Part shown: piece after piece, positions 16,998 to 28,800 of the stretch | Layout: every line of letters starts with the position of its first letter | Position numbering within the stretch: position 1 is the stretch's first letter | Assembly: GCA_964632485.1 (NCBI GenBank) | Contig: CAZWDO010000011.1 | Location: forward strand, 1 to 64,000 | DNA from: an uncultured bacterium | Lineage (GTDB): Bacteria; JAGOEH01 | Length of the DNA stretch: 64,000 nucleotides | Direction: 5' to 3' | Notes under the pieces: model-generated | Told to the model about the DNA's origin: nothing | What the model saw: the letters and a program-made list of their open reading frames with translations, nothing else | Database searches by the model: none | Translations under genes and position numbers: made by a program

Positions 16998-19444
16998 TTA
17001 AGCACCGAGAAATAACCATATTGGGAACCACCAGGAAATTCCGCTACCCATAAATACACTCCGGACGCAATTTCCAATCCGTCACGGGAGTGCATATCCC
17101 AAAAGAGGCTGCCATTAGTGTAATTATTAGTGTGGAAATCAATGACATCGATTAATTGACCGGATATATCGAAAATTGAAATTTTACACCGTTCCGGCAA
17201 ATTGTAAAAAAATAGTTTACTTTCAGTTCCTACATCATGAAATGCCATTTTCTTATAGGGATTGGGCCGAACCTTGATCCTTTTCTCTTCTTTTAATAAT
17301 TCTGATTCTTTGCTGACCGGAGGAACGAGTACGAAAGGTGCGCCTATTTTTTTCAGACTGAGCAAATCATCAACGGAAGGATAGTAATTATTGAGCGGCG
17401 CCATGGGATAAGTGGATTCCCAGCTTCCACTGCGACCGTTAAAATTTAACTTGCCCGATTCAAGTCGGTTGTAAGAACCGATACCAGCAAAATTGCCAAT
17501 TTGGTTGGAATATGCCGCAACATAGTACCAAAATGTCATTCCCGGGATTGTTCCTGCAGTCGTATCCACCCACATATAGGGGTAGGTTGTGTGGTCTGAT
17601 TCCGAATTCTGGTAATTCGCCAAATCAGTTATGGATAAATCCGCCACGAGTTGGTAGGGACCCCACCATTCGCCACTGTGTTGCTGCAAGATGGAAAATG
17701 ATGCAACTTGAGATTCACGGGGATAGACAAAGAACGAATCCCCGGGAATCTCGGCCTGGTCATAATATTGAGAGGCAATAATTCCATTTTCCAGGGAATT
17801 GTATTTGGGCCAACTTCTTGATTTATAGATGCGATATCCGCTGGTATTTACTGTAGTATCGGTAATTTGACTCCATTTGATCTGAGGGCGAACCTCGGGG
17901 GATACCTCGACTTCCATATCCGGCGACGGGGGTTGTAGCGGTAGATTAAAGCGCCCATTGGCATCACGGCTATTCCAAACTGCCCGGGCCGCCTGCATCG
18001 ATTGCCGCAACCCCTCTAACCGAACACCGGCCCCGCGGGCATAAGCAATGGTAACGCTTTCTCCCACTTCCAGAGAAAAGGGCCCGATTCCCGTCAATAC
18101 CTCAAATGACTCTTCTGAGACTAATCCCTCGCGGATAACATCTTTTTCCCATTCAAACGTACGGCAATAAAGTCCAGAATAATATTTACTATCACCATTC
18201 GGCCGATTGATTTCTCCCGGGACAAACGTCAAGGGATTGCCTGCTAATGTTCCTGGATCAGTTTCATTAAAAAAAGCCGGATTTGGAAGCAAATCCACCG
18301 GGTTTTTATCGGGTGGAACACCCATGTTTTTAAACCAGGCGGCAATTGAACTATAAAATTGAATTTTACGGTAATCGGGGTCAGAAGCAAACCCTGAAAA
18401 ATACGGCATGGCGGCAAATGAGTTGTACCAACCACGAGATGCCCCTTCACCGATTCCATTGTAATTGGTTCCGATATTACGATCATCTTCGCCACTGTTT
18501 TCCGTACCGGCAGTCGGTCCTCGTGCATAAAAATAGAGATTCCAGGGAGCTCCCAGAGTATCCGGCGTCATATCCCAGCCTAAAATCCGGCGACGAATAT
18601 TATCATAGGCATATTGACGCATACCATCGGGCCCTACCCAGAAACTAAACGGGAAATCCGCCCATTGCAACATAGAGAGACAGGGGATGCGATGATTATA
18701 TAAATCCACATTTCCATCCCCATCAATATCGACTATACCGGTATTGGTAACAGTGATTTCAACCAAATTAAAATCATCCAAATGCCCCCAGTTCAAAGTA
18801 AACGAATGAACCCGAACAATAACGTCGATTCCCACATTGGTGGGCCAGCCAGCTTCGTAAATCAAATGCCGTCTGGCATTTTTATCCTCCCACCAGGCGA
18901 AACGGGAATCATTTTCGTAGGCTTTAATATAGTCCCGGCTTGGATCCCCGGCGCCCGGCAAATACGGCGAATACATAAGGTAGGACATTTCAGGAAAAGT
19001 GGCGGCAACGGATTGATTGGCGCGGATAAACGAACTGTCGGGATCGTAAACCATTGCTCGTAAACTCCAGCCAGCGGCATCGCCAAATTCAAATGACATC
19101 AGACCCATTGGCCAACTCCCCGCCGGATATCCATAGAGATTACCGCCGATGAAACCCTGGGTTAATAGAGTTTGCCGTCGATCAAACCGATTCAGAACAT
19201 TGTTCAGGTTAAACCAGGCGTCTAATGATAAGGCGCTACGCTCAGAAGGATTATAGCGATAAAAGTTAGGACAGCCGTTCGCAAATGATTTATGAGCAAA
19301 ATTGTTATAAGGCATCAAATTCGCAGGACGGTATGAAACCCAGTAATCACCAGCTACCATTACGCATAATCCATATTCAGCATCCGCCCAACATGTTAAC
19401 ACTCCACTAAAAAAAATGATTAATAGCAACACCCAGACTTTCAT
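16994..19444 (-). CDS. Large secreted protein with an FN3-like region and T9SS-like C-terminal domain
   Basis: Signal peptide; GYRIYKS...YYVAAY; C-terminal IKVRPNPY...FYNLPERCKISIFDISGQLI...WD...IASGVY. Confidence 0.75.
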   Translation of the reverse strand: MKVWVLLLIIFFSGVLTCWADAEYGLCVMVAGDYWVSYRPANLMPYNNFAHKSFANGCPNFYRYNPSERSALSLDAWFNLNNVLNRFDRRQTLLTQGFIGGNLYGYPAGSWPMGLMSFEFGDAAGWSLRAMVYDPDSSFIRANQSVAATFPEMSYLMYSPYLPGAGDPSRDYIKAYENDSRFAWWEDKNARRHLIYEAGWPTNVGIDVIVRVHSFTLNWGHLDDFNLVEITVTNTGIVDIDGDGNVDLYNHRIPCLSMLQWADFPFSFWVGPDGMRQYAYDNIRRRILGWDMTPDTLGAPWNLYFYARGPTAGTENSGEDDRNIGTNYNGIGEGASRGWYNSFAAMPYFSGFASDPDYRKIQFYSSIAAWFKNMGVPPDKNPVDLLPNPAFFNETDPGTLAGNPLTFVPGEINRPNGDSKYYSGLYCRTFEWEKDVIREGLVSEESFEVLTGIGPFSLEVGESVTIAYARGAGVRLEGLRQSMQAARAVWNSRDANGRFNLPLQPPSPDMEVEVSPEVRPQIKWSQITDTTVNTSGYRIYKSRSWPKYNSLENGIIASQYYDQAEIPGDSFFVYPRESQVASFSILQQHSGEWWGPYQLVADLSITDLANYQNSESDHTTYPYMWVDTTAGTIPGMTFWYYVAAYSNQIGNFAGIGSYNRLESGKLNFNGRSGSWESTYPMAPLNNYYPSVDDLLSLKKIGAPFVLVPPVSKESELLKEEKRIKVRPNPYKKMAFHDVGTESKLFFYNLPERCKISIFDISGQLIDVIDFHTNNYTNGSLFWDMHSRDGLEIASGVYLWVAEFPGGSQYGYFSVLK

Positions 19445-19453
19445 CTTTAGTCC

Positions 19454-22400
19454 TTAAAATTCAAATTTCAATCCGATATACATTTCACGAGCAATATCAT
19501 ACAACATGTTGCCATAGTCGTCCACCGGCATGGTCAACACCCCCTGCGGGTTGTAATTGCTTTGGGTTGGATCATCAATACTACTTTCCCAAATAGCATG
19601 ATCCTCAGACGACATGCTGAAACGCTTGGATATAGCCAACACATTTTCGCGATTGAAAAGATTGCGAATATCTATAAAAAATTGCATCTGATGGATTTTC
19701 ATAAAATTCAAACCCAATGTAATTTTTAAATCGGTACGATAAAACCAGGGGCCCTGTTCAATTTTCCGATTACGCTCAAACCAGAGTTCATTTTCTGAAT
19801 TCAGATTTTTCTGATAATAAAAACCACTATACGCCATGGAAAGCAGATTGATATTCATTAATTGGATAAATGAAAAGCGCCAGGGAAGACGGGCGATCAT
19901 ATCCAAATTGAATCGATGGGGTCGATCAAAACCGGAACCAATGGAATTGCTGGAATAATTTCCTAAGATATGTTCCTCATAAGTATTGATATGTTCCAGA
20001 TTCTCCCAGGGCAAACGGGTACCATATTGAATAGAGTCTATAGCGGCATTGAAACTGATTCGTTGATCCTCATCGCTACCTGGAGATGAAACGGATGTTT
20101 TAATATAGGAATAGGTGTAATTAAACCGTAAAGCAACTAAGCTGGAAAAGCTTTTAGAAAGTGAAAATTCAATTCCCCGACTATCTGCGTATCCGAAGGA
20201 TGTATAATACTCCACTCCATAATTTTCCACATTTGTCACCCGGAAAAAAGCGATATCATAATTGCGAATGTCCCGATAATAGGCTGTTGCGTCAACCAAT
20301 AACGAATTTGAAAATGCGATTTGCGCGCCAATTTCATACGCAGTGGAACGAATCGGCGGTTGACCGACCCGTTTTGCCGTCATGGTCGGAGATGAATTAT
20401 AATTTGTAAAATTGTAATCATCGTATAAAGCAGCAAAAGGGAGTTGCTGATATATAGAGGCATAGGAAAAATGCATGGCGAATTGATCCGAAATGGGATG
20501 AGAAACACCGATGCGTGGACTGAAATAAAATTTCATTGGTTCCTTAGCGCCCCTCAACGGTTCATAACGAATCAGTTCATGGGTTATCGAGTCAAGAACC
20601 GTGGTAAATGGAGCAAATTCATTAATATATTTGCGCATATCGGAATAAAAGCCATCCAGGCGGCATCCAATATTCATAATCAGACGATCAAACTCCATTT
20701 GATCCTGGACAAATGCAGACAACTCCACTGGATTGAAAAGATATTTATCCACATAAAAAAAACTGGTCGGATACTCCAGCCCTTTCCCGCCACGGCGGCT
20801 GGCTTTATAATCCTTATCAATTTCATGGTATTTAAATTGCAGACCTGATTTAAGTTGATGATTAAAATTGACCTGGTGGGTAATTTCCGCTTTAAGTCCC
20901 AAAGTTTCCCGTGAGTTGTATTCATAAGCTGGACTGGACCAAATTACCCGATAATATGACGGAAATTGGCCAATAGGGAAAAGATTCCAGGTTTGAGCCG
21001 CATCCAATTCCATTATAAAAAAAGCAGTCTGATTATAAGTTGTATCCATGAAACCATGATTGAAATTATTGGATCTCCACCAATAATTCATATCCTTGGG
21101 GTTCCCCACATATTTAAAATAGGTTTCCTTATCATTGAATTTGATAAACTCACCATTTTCATTGATATCACACTGTCCATCATTGTTATCATCGGCATAG
21201 CCCATCTCATTTAATTTGGAAAGATAAAAAAAACTAAGTTCATAAAATGTATTAGGAGATAATGTATGAGTAAATCGAAAAATATCCGTTAATCCCAGGG
21301 ATTTATATTTAGGAGAACCCTCCAAAAAAAACTTAAAGCGCAAATTAAAACGGGTATTGATATAGCTTTTGAATAATTTTCCGCCATCTTCAAGAATCCC
21401 GATATTGGAAAGTTTTATATCTGGGGAAGGTTGCCAGATCAGTTTCAAACAAGATGTCAAGCGTTTATCGGCCTCCAATGGCAAAGGTCCCAGGCGCTGG
21501 TAGGATTCGGATTGAAACACAAAACTCATTTTTTTGGTAAGAGGTCCGTTAATATTAAAACCGATCTGGTGGGAATGGCCGTTGGGATTTGCCGAACCAT
21601 ACGGGTATTTGCCCGGATACCAGGTAAAAAACCGAGATTTAATCGTATTCGGCTGCATGGAGGCTGGCAGTGTCTGATCCTCAAGTTGCGCCAGACTGTC
21701 GTAATAATGCTTTAAATTTAGATAATCATCGGCATCATTGACGCAAACTCCATCCCGCCTAATATTCTGGATATAGATGTCATTCCCTGAATGGTTTAAA
21801 TAATCTGCCCAGGAGGTTTTAAAATATCCGTTACCAGAAATAGTCGAACCCGGATCCTGTGAAATCATGCTAATGACACCGGATCCTGTTGATCCATATT
21901 CAGCATTTACCGTTCCCAAATACATATTGAGTTCCGATAAAATAAAGGGACTGACCGTTGTAAAATTATTTTCTTCGGCGTTGGAACGACGAAATCCCTG
22001 ATACGATTCACCCGTAGGCTCTATTCCATAGCCTCCGGTACCGCCTTGATAATAAATATCGGAAATATCGATTCCATCCAACAGATAGCGGGTTTCAAAC
22101 TGTTTCCCACCCCGGACAAACCCCCGGAATGCGCCCGCTGAAATATTAACCAACTCTTCAACCGAATGGAATTCACGATCGTCGATCTCTTCCTTTGAAT
22201 AATAGGTTTTTGTGGAGGTCAGCCTTTTCTCTACTAATTCTTGGGCGGCAATGATCAAAACTGTATCCTGCTCAATTATTTTCGATTGCATCGGGATTAC
22301 CTGAAATGTCGATAAATTTGAATAGACCTCTACATCCACAATAATCATTTCCTGGTAGCCCATCATCGTAATTCGCAAGTTATATTTTTTGGGCGAAAGA

Positions 22401-22603
22401 TTTAAAAAATAAAACCGTCCATTTGCATCCGTAACTGTTCCCAGGGCTTTATCCATAATTTCAATATTAGCGTAAGGAAGCGTTTGGCCAGTTTCATCAT
22501 CAATTATTCTGCCGGATATCTTGCCCAATGATAAAGCTATCGATTGTGAGCTGAATATCAATCCAATCCAAATTAGAATAAACAAATCTCTTTTTTTTAA
22601 CAT
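19454..22603 (-). CDS. TonB-dependent receptor with an N-terminal carboxypeptidase-regulatory-like domain
   Basis: GKISGRIID.ETG..LP.ANI; plug region VRGG...YLLDGI; SPRIGVSHPI; C-terminal F. Confidence 0.9.
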   Translation of the reverse strand: MLKKRDLFILIWIGLIFSSQSIALSLGKISGRIIDDETGQTLPYANIEIMDKALGTVTDANGRFYFLNLSPKKYNLRITMMGYQEMIIVDVEVYSNLSTFQVIPMQSKIIEQDTVLIIAAQELVEKRLTSTKTYYSKEEIDDREFHSVEELVNISAGAFRGFVRGGKQFETRYLLDGIDISDIYYQGGTGGYGIEPTGESYQGFRRSNAEENNFTTVSPFILSELNMYLGTVNAEYGSTGSGVISMISQDPGSTISGNGYFKTSWADYLNHSGNDIYIQNIRRDGVCVNDADDYLNLKHYYDSLAQLEDQTLPASMQPNTIKSRFFTWYPGKYPYGSANPNGHSHQIGFNINGPLTKKMSFVFQSESYQRLGPLPLEADKRLTSCLKLIWQPSPDIKLSNIGILEDGGKLFKSYINTRFNLRFKFFLEGSPKYKSLGLTDIFRFTHTLSPNTFYELSFFYLSKLNEMGYADDNNDGQCDINENGEFIKFNDKETYFKYVGNPKDMNYWWRSNNFNHGFMDTTYNQTAFFIMELDAAQTWNLFPIGQFPSYYRVIWSSPAYEYNSRETLGLKAEITHQVNFNHQLKSGLQFKYHEIDKDYKASRRGGKGLEYPTSFFYVDKYLFNPVELSAFVQDQMEFDRLIMNIGCRLDGFYSDMRKYINEFAPFTTVLDSITHELIRYEPLRGAKEPMKFYFSPRIGVSHPISDQFAMHFSYASIYQQLPFAALYDDYNFTNYNSSPTMTAKRVGQPPIRSTAYEIGAQIAFSNSLLVDATAYYRDIRNYDIAFFRVTNVENYGVEYYTSFGYADSRGIEFSLSKSFSSLVALRFNYTYSYIKTSVSSPGSDEDQRISFNAAIDSIQYGTRLPWENLEHINTYEEHILGNYSSNSIGSGFDRPHRFNLDMIARLPWRFSFIQLMNINLLSMAYSGFYYQKNLNSENELWFERNRKIEQGPWFYRTDLKITLGLNFMKIHQMQFFIDIRNLFNRENVLAISKRFSMSSEDHAIWESSIDDPTQSNYNPQGVLTMPVDDYGNMLYDIAREMYIGLKFEF

Positions 22604-22911
22604 TCATTCTCTCAAATCTAAAGTGTAATAGAAACCCATACAGATAAACTTTAGCAATTTCAATCCAAAGCCATTCTCAAAGAGTGTACTAAAACAACTT
22701 ACCGTTTTGGGCATACAGAACTTAGACACATATCTAATCTATCAGTGATTCTCAGATATAAAATTGGTTTTTGTTTTAAAAAAATGAACCGAAACCAATC
22801 AAATGCTCACTTTAAATTAATTTAATAAAAAAAAAGCAAAAAGTCCACAAATAATTTTTTTATAAAATTATTCTGAAAATTGTAAAGATTATAGAATGAT
22901 GAAAATCAAAA

Positions 22912-23469
22912 TCATTCAGGTTTTCCATTTTTCACATAATTTTTAAATCGTTTTAGTTGTAGGTTCAGAACATGGTCAACTTCAACCGCCAAGGATTGCA
23001 ATCCCTGAGGAACGTAACCACCCACCGTATAAGTCCATTCAACTATCGTTCCATTGGGAGTTTCTTTAAATTCCCAGGACATGACGCCATTGACCGCAAA
23101 TTGTTGTAAAGGACCCAGTCCTCCAACCAAACGGATAAGCTTCCCCGGCTCAATATAAACAACCGTTAAATGGCATGCGGAACCACCATTGATCAGTTTT
23201 TCGCAAAAACAGCCATTTGCTCGCGCTTCAAACGTCAGATTTGACGATTTTCCTGAAAAAGTATGCGCATTATCCCACCATAGACTTATTTTTTCGCACA
23301 TTGTCAGATAAACGACCTCGATTGATTCATCAATTTCGACTTTATTAACCACCGTAAAACCGCTATGAGATGAATCATTAATCTCTGCTTGGCTTGTAAC
23401 ATTCAACGTAAAAAAAATGAATACCAGAAAAAATTTTACAAAATGATTCATGGAATCAGTTCCTTTCAA
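22912..23469 (-). CDS. SRPBCC/AHSA1-like secreted protein
   Basis: WWDNAHTFSG...GCFCEKL...GGLGPLQ...VDHVL..QLKR pattern. Confidence 0.7.
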   Translation of the reverse strand: MKGTDSMNHFVKFFLVFIFFTLNVTSQAEINDSSHSGFTVVNKVEIDESIEVVYLTMCEKISLWWDNAHTFSGKSSNLTFEARANGCFCEKLINGGSACHLTVVYIEPGKLIRLVGGLGPLQQFAVNGVMSWEFKETPNGTIVEWTYTVGGYVPQGLQSLAVEVDHVLNLQLKRFKNYVKNGKPE

Positions 23470-23476
23470 AAAAAAG

Positions 23477-25579
23477 TCAATTCAATCCCCGTTTTTTCAG
23501 TAAAGCGTCCACTTTGGGTTCTGCGCCGCGAAATCTTTTATAAAGAACCATTCCATCTTCGGTACCACCTTTAGCCAGAATATGCTGACGGAACAGAGCA
23601 GCCAGTTTACTATTAAACAATTCAGTTTCCTTGAACGCTTCAAACGCATCAGAATCAAGGACTTCCGCCCAAATATAGCTATAATAGCCTGAAGCATATC
23701 CCCCGACGATATGACTGAAATTAGTGCTTAAATACCGGGATTTAATTTCATTAATTAACCCGATTCGTGTGAAGAGTTCATCCTCTAATTGAGGTGTGGA
23801 GTGAGAGACTGTGTCGGATAAGGTATGCCATTGCATATCGAGAAAGGAAGCGGCCAAATACTCAACAGTGGCAAATCCCTGGTTGAATTTAGCAGATTGA
23901 ACGATTTTATCGACCAATGATGGAGGAATGGGTTCTCCCGTTTGATAATGCTTAGCATAGAGTTTAAGAACTTCCGGCTCGAAGGCCCAATTTTCCATAA
24001 TTTGCGAGGGGAGTTCGACGAAATCGCGTGGAACGTCCCGTGAACCGCTATAGATTGTATTTGAAAAGAGGGCGTCCAAACCATGACCCAGCTCGTGGAA
24101 TAACGTTTCCACTTCATCCAGATTCATCAGAGAGGGTTCGTCAGTAGTCGGCTTAGAAAAATTTCCAACATTATAAACCAAAGGAGTTATAAAATTTCCA
24201 TCGATATTGGATTGACTGCGAAAACTACTTGACCAGGCTCCGCTGCGCTTTCCATCGCGGGGAAAATAATCGGCGTAAAAGATACCAATATGTTTACCAT
24301 CAGCTTCCTTTACTTCAAACGCGCGCACATCCGCATTCCAGGTCTGGATATCGGTTCGAGGGGTGAACGTAATGCCATATAGACGGTTAGCTACCATAAA
24401 TGCGCCTTCAAGGACATTCTCCATTTTAAAATAGGGACGTAGCATCTCTTCATCGAGGGCATATTTCTCCCGTTTCACTTTTTCTGCATAATACATCCAA
24501 TCCCAGGCCTCAAGCTTAAAAGGATTTGATTCTTCTTTATTAATGATAGTTTGCATATCGGCAATTTCCACTTCTGCCCTCTTTAATGCCGGTTGCCATA
24601 AATCATTGAGAAACTTCATGACGTTTGCAGTCGTTTTGGCCATATTCTCTTCGAGAACAAAATCTGCATGTGTTTTATATCCCAATAAATTGGCTCGCTT
24701 GACGCGCAAAGCGGCTATGCGGGAGATAATTGCTTTGTTATCAAATTCATTGTCATTGTTTCCCCGATTGATATAGGCATTAAAGAGGAGTTCACGCAAT
24801 GCTCGTTTTTGTGAGTACTGCAGAAATGGAATAAAACTTGGTTTTTGTAAAGTAAATGCCCATTTCCCTTCCATCCCCTTCCTATTCGCCATCTCGGCAG
24901 CGGCTTGAATGACATTTTCAGGTAATCCTGCCAAGTCTTCCTTATTTTCAACGATCAAGCCGACTGCATTCGTCTCCTTCAACAGATTCTCACCGAATTT
25001 TAATCCCAGCATCGAGAGTTCTTCATTGATTTCCCGTAATTTTTGTTTATCCATATCGGAAAGATTAGCGCCGTTGCGGATAAATCCCTTATAAAAATTA
25101 TTCAGTAACGTATTTTCTTCGGTAGTCAGTTTCAATTTATCTTTATTCGCATAAATCGCGTTGACGCGCGCAAACAATTCAGCATTCAGGTTAATATCGT
25201 CGCCATGTTTCGATAGCGCGGGCGTAATTTCTCGGGCAATTTTCTGAATTTCATCATTGGTATTAGCGCCGTTCAATCCCCAAAAAATGCGGCTGACACG
25301 GGAAAGAAACTTGCCTGATTTTTCCAGGGCAACTATTGTATTTTGAAAACTGGGTTTTTCTTTATTGGTGATAATCGCATCGATTTCGGTATTTTCAAGG
25401 CGCATCCCTTCTTCAAAAGCCGGAAGGAAATGCTCAACCTTAATTGCATCGAACGGGGGAGTCTGAAAAGGAGTTTTCCATTGCTGAAACAAAGGATTGT
25501 CCTGCGCGGGTGATTGAGCATAACTAATATACCCTCCGAGGATTGAAATTAAAACAATCATTAAAATACGTTTTTCCAT
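23477..25579 (-). CDS. dcp: M3 family metallopeptidase (peptidyl-dipeptidase Dcp)
   Basis: TLFHELGH, RDFVELPSQIMENW, GYASGYYSYIWAEVLD. Confidence 0.93.
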   Translation of the reverse strand: MEKRILMIVLISILGGYISYAQSPAQDNPLFQQWKTPFQTPPFDAIKVEHFLPAFEEGMRLENTEIDAIITNKEKPSFQNTIVALEKSGKFLSRVSRIFWGLNGANTNDEIQKIAREITPALSKHGDDINLNAELFARVNAIYANKDKLKLTTEENTLLNNFYKGFIRNGANLSDMDKQKLREINEELSMLGLKFGENLLKETNAVGLIVENKEDLAGLPENVIQAAAEMANRKGMEGKWAFTLQKPSFIPFLQYSQKRALRELLFNAYINRGNNDNEFDNKAIISRIAALRVKRANLLGYKTHADFVLEENMAKTTANVMKFLNDLWQPALKRAEVEIADMQTIINKEESNPFKLEAWDWMYYAEKVKREKYALDEEMLRPYFKMENVLEGAFMVANRLYGITFTPRTDIQTWNADVRAFEVKEADGKHIGIFYADYFPRDGKRSGAWSSSFRSQSNIDGNFITPLVYNVGNFSKPTTDEPSLMNLDEVETLFHELGHGLDALFSNTIYSGSRDVPRDFVELPSQIMENWAFEPEVLKLYAKHYQTGEPIPPSLVDKIVQSAKFNQGFATVEYLAASFLDMQWHTLSDTVSHSTPQLEDELFTRIGLINEIKSRYLSTNFSHIVGGYASGYYSYIWAEVLDSDAFEAFKETELFNSKLAALFRQHILAKGGTEDGMVLYKRFRGAEPKVDALLKKRGLN

Positions 25580-25672
25580 AATAACTCCTTGTTAATCAAA
25601 AATGAATCGGTCAATCGTTTTTCAGTCTAAACGTAATTCGAAAATTGTCGGGTTGCCGGACAATTTCTAAAC

Positions 25673-25701
25673 ATTATATAATGTAGAAATGAATTTGTCA
25701 A
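25673..25701 (-). promoter_or_regulatory. Consensus sigma70 promoter of dcp
   Basis: TTGACA-17-TATAAT on the - strand. Confidence 0.75.
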
Positions 25702-25841
25702 GTGAATTTATTACTAAATACATTTTTGAAAAGTTTTAGTCGGCCCGAAGATACTCTCCCGGCCGACTGAGCAACATGAATCATCAATTAACAGCAATTA
25801 TAGCGATTAAAATCAAACGTAATGGGGTTAAATTTAATGGA

Positions 25842-28800
25842 TTAAAAATTTTCCTCACTTTTCTTTTTACGCCAGCCTTTTAGTTCGAGGGTTGTGTATA
25901 ATGCAGGCACATAGAAAAGCGTTAAAATCGTGGATACGACTAAACCGCCAATAACAGATCGGGCCATTGGGGACCAGGCTTCCGCTCCTTCACCCATTTC
26001 AAGAGCTAAAGGAAAAAGCGAAATAATTGTTGTCAGGGCGGTCATTAAAATGGGCTTTAAACGGCGGCGCCCCGCTTCCTTAACCGCAGCAAAAAGTTCC
26101 ATTTTCTCTTTATGAATCAGTTGATTAATGGCATCTACCAATACAATACCATTATTTACAACAATTCCAACCAACATGATACATCCGATGAGAGCAATCA
26201 GGCTCAAGGTAGTATGGGTGAGAAACAACATCCAGAGCACTCCAATTAATGACAATGGAATTGTAAACAGAATAATGAACGGATCAATCAGGGACTCGAA
26301 TTGAGAGGCCATAACCATATAAACCATTAAAGCTGCTACCAATAAAGCCAGTCCGAGAAAAAGTTGCGATTCTTTCATATCAGCCGCTACACCGCCAATC
26401 AAATAGCGATACCCTTCCGGGAATGTAAGTTGATTGACTTTGGCTTCAATTTCAGCAGAAACACTCCCCAGATCGCGACCAAATACAGCGCAATACACAC
26501 GGCCGATCCGTTCCTGGGATTCCCGATAAATATTGGTCGGCGTCTTATCCGGTATGATAGTGGCCAGTTCTGTAAGAGGGATATATCCCTGCATGCTTTT
26601 GATAAATAGTTTTTGCAAATCCGATTTATGGCTGCGATATTCGGGAGCCAGCCGGAGAACAACATCATAATCATCGCCCCTTTCACGATAGCGGGCGACA
26701 ATTTCTCCCTGAAAACTTTTATAAATCGTATTCATGACCTGACTGACCGATAAATTATAATGATAAATCCGTTCCCGATTCAACTGAATCCGGAGTTCGT
26801 TGGCCGGTTCGGCAAATGTATTTTTAACATCGCGTGATCCATCGACTGTTTTGAAAATAGAATCGATTTTTTGGGTTAGCATTTGCAGCGTATCCAGATC
26901 ATCGCCAAAAAGTTTTACTGAAACATCCCCGGTTTCAGAATTAAACGCCCCCTGTTGTTGGAACTCATACGTTAAATCGGGCAGTATCGACAATTTACGG
27001 CGGACCAGTTCTTCAATTTCAGCCTGACTCCGTTGCCGTTTTCCAAGTGGACATAGTTTTAAACGAAAAAACATCGTATTGGAACCCGAGCCCCGGATTG
27101 CGGCAAACGTATTACCAGTCTGTCCATAACTGATCATGATATTAGTAACTTCAGGGATGCTATCTTTCACAAACTGTTCCAGTTCTTCCACCAGCGGGAT
27201 CGATTGACGGTAGTCGGAACCAGCGCTCCGTTCCATGGTTATAGCGATAAAAGCTTGATCCTGTTTTGGTGTAAATTCCTTGCCGATAAAGGGTAAAAGA
27301 AAAAAAGAAAGAATCAAGAGACTGAACATTGAAAAAATTGTCAATTTTCGGTGGTTCAGTACCCAGTCAAGGGAGTGATAGTAACGATTTGAGAAATAAT
27401 CGATGATACGAATGGCTGTTTTTTCAATTTTGCCAAAACGGCCGCCCGGTTCCTCCGTCACATTTTCTAAATATACCGAAGAAAGCATGGGGATCAAACT
27501 CAATGAAGCCAACAGGGAAACCGTAAGCGAAAAACAAACGGTCAAAATCATATCGCGAAACATAACTCCAGCGATCCCCGGCACGAACAGCAGGGGGATA
27601 AAAACCGCAAGGGTTGTCAACGTTGAAGCAGTAACAGCCATACCAACTTCGCTCGCTCCGTTATAGGCCGCCCGCTTGAGGGGTTCGCCCAGTTTGCGGT
27701 GACGGAAAATGTTCTCCAAAACAACAATTGAATTATCCACTAACATCCCGATTCCCAACGCTAATCCGGTTAAGGAAATAATGTTCAACGTAACGTTTGC
27801 CAGGTACATCACAAAAAAAGTCGCTACTAATGAGATGGGTATGGTTACCGCGACGATACTTGAACTGCGGAGATGGAGCAGGAAAAATAGAAGCACCAGG
27901 AATGTATAGACAATCGCTTGCAGGGCGGTATTTTTTAAATTATTGATGGAATTAGTGATATATTCGGATTGATTGAAAAATACGGAAAATTGGGCCTCAC
28001 TCTGATAAGTCGAATTAAGTTTTTCCAAAGCGGCCATAATGCGCTTGCATACTTCAACCGTATTGGCATCCGATTGCTTGGAAATATTGATCACCAGACC
28101 GGATCGATAATTGACGCGGGTATTTCCCAGCACATCGTCATAACTATCTTCCACCTGAGCCACATCTTTCAGATAGATAGTTTTACCCGCAACATTCGCC
28201 ACAGCCGTGCGGGCAATTTCTTTCACGGATGCAAACTCGCCCTGGGCTTGCAAATCATAATGGATCACGCCATCATCAATACTGCCGGTCGGCAACCGTA
28301 AATTTTCACGGCGAATTGCCATAGCCAAATCATTGATATCCAGATGATATTGCGCCAGTTTAAGCGGATTTACCCGAATCTGTACAGACCTTGCCAGTCC
28401 GCCCATCGTTTCCGCAGAAGCGACGCCATCGATTCGTTCCAGATAAGGTTCAATATCATCATCGAGGAATTTTTTTAACTGAGCGGGACCCTTGGTATCA
28501 GAACCCACGGAAAGCAAAACAACCGGGATACTGGAGGTTTCAAAGGCGAAAACCAGCGGCTTGTCAGCATCGTCAGGTAAGGCATTCAACGCAAAATCAA
28601 TATTTTTACGCACATTGATCTCGGCCTGATCCAAATCATCGCCCCAATTAAATTCCATTGTAACCAGACTGATACCGGAAGATGACCGTGAGGTCAATTT
28701 TTTGATATTCTTCACCGATGCCAGGATTTTTTCCAGGGGACGGCTTATAATGTTCTCAATATCATTGGCTCCGACTCCCGTATATCGGGTGATCACCATA

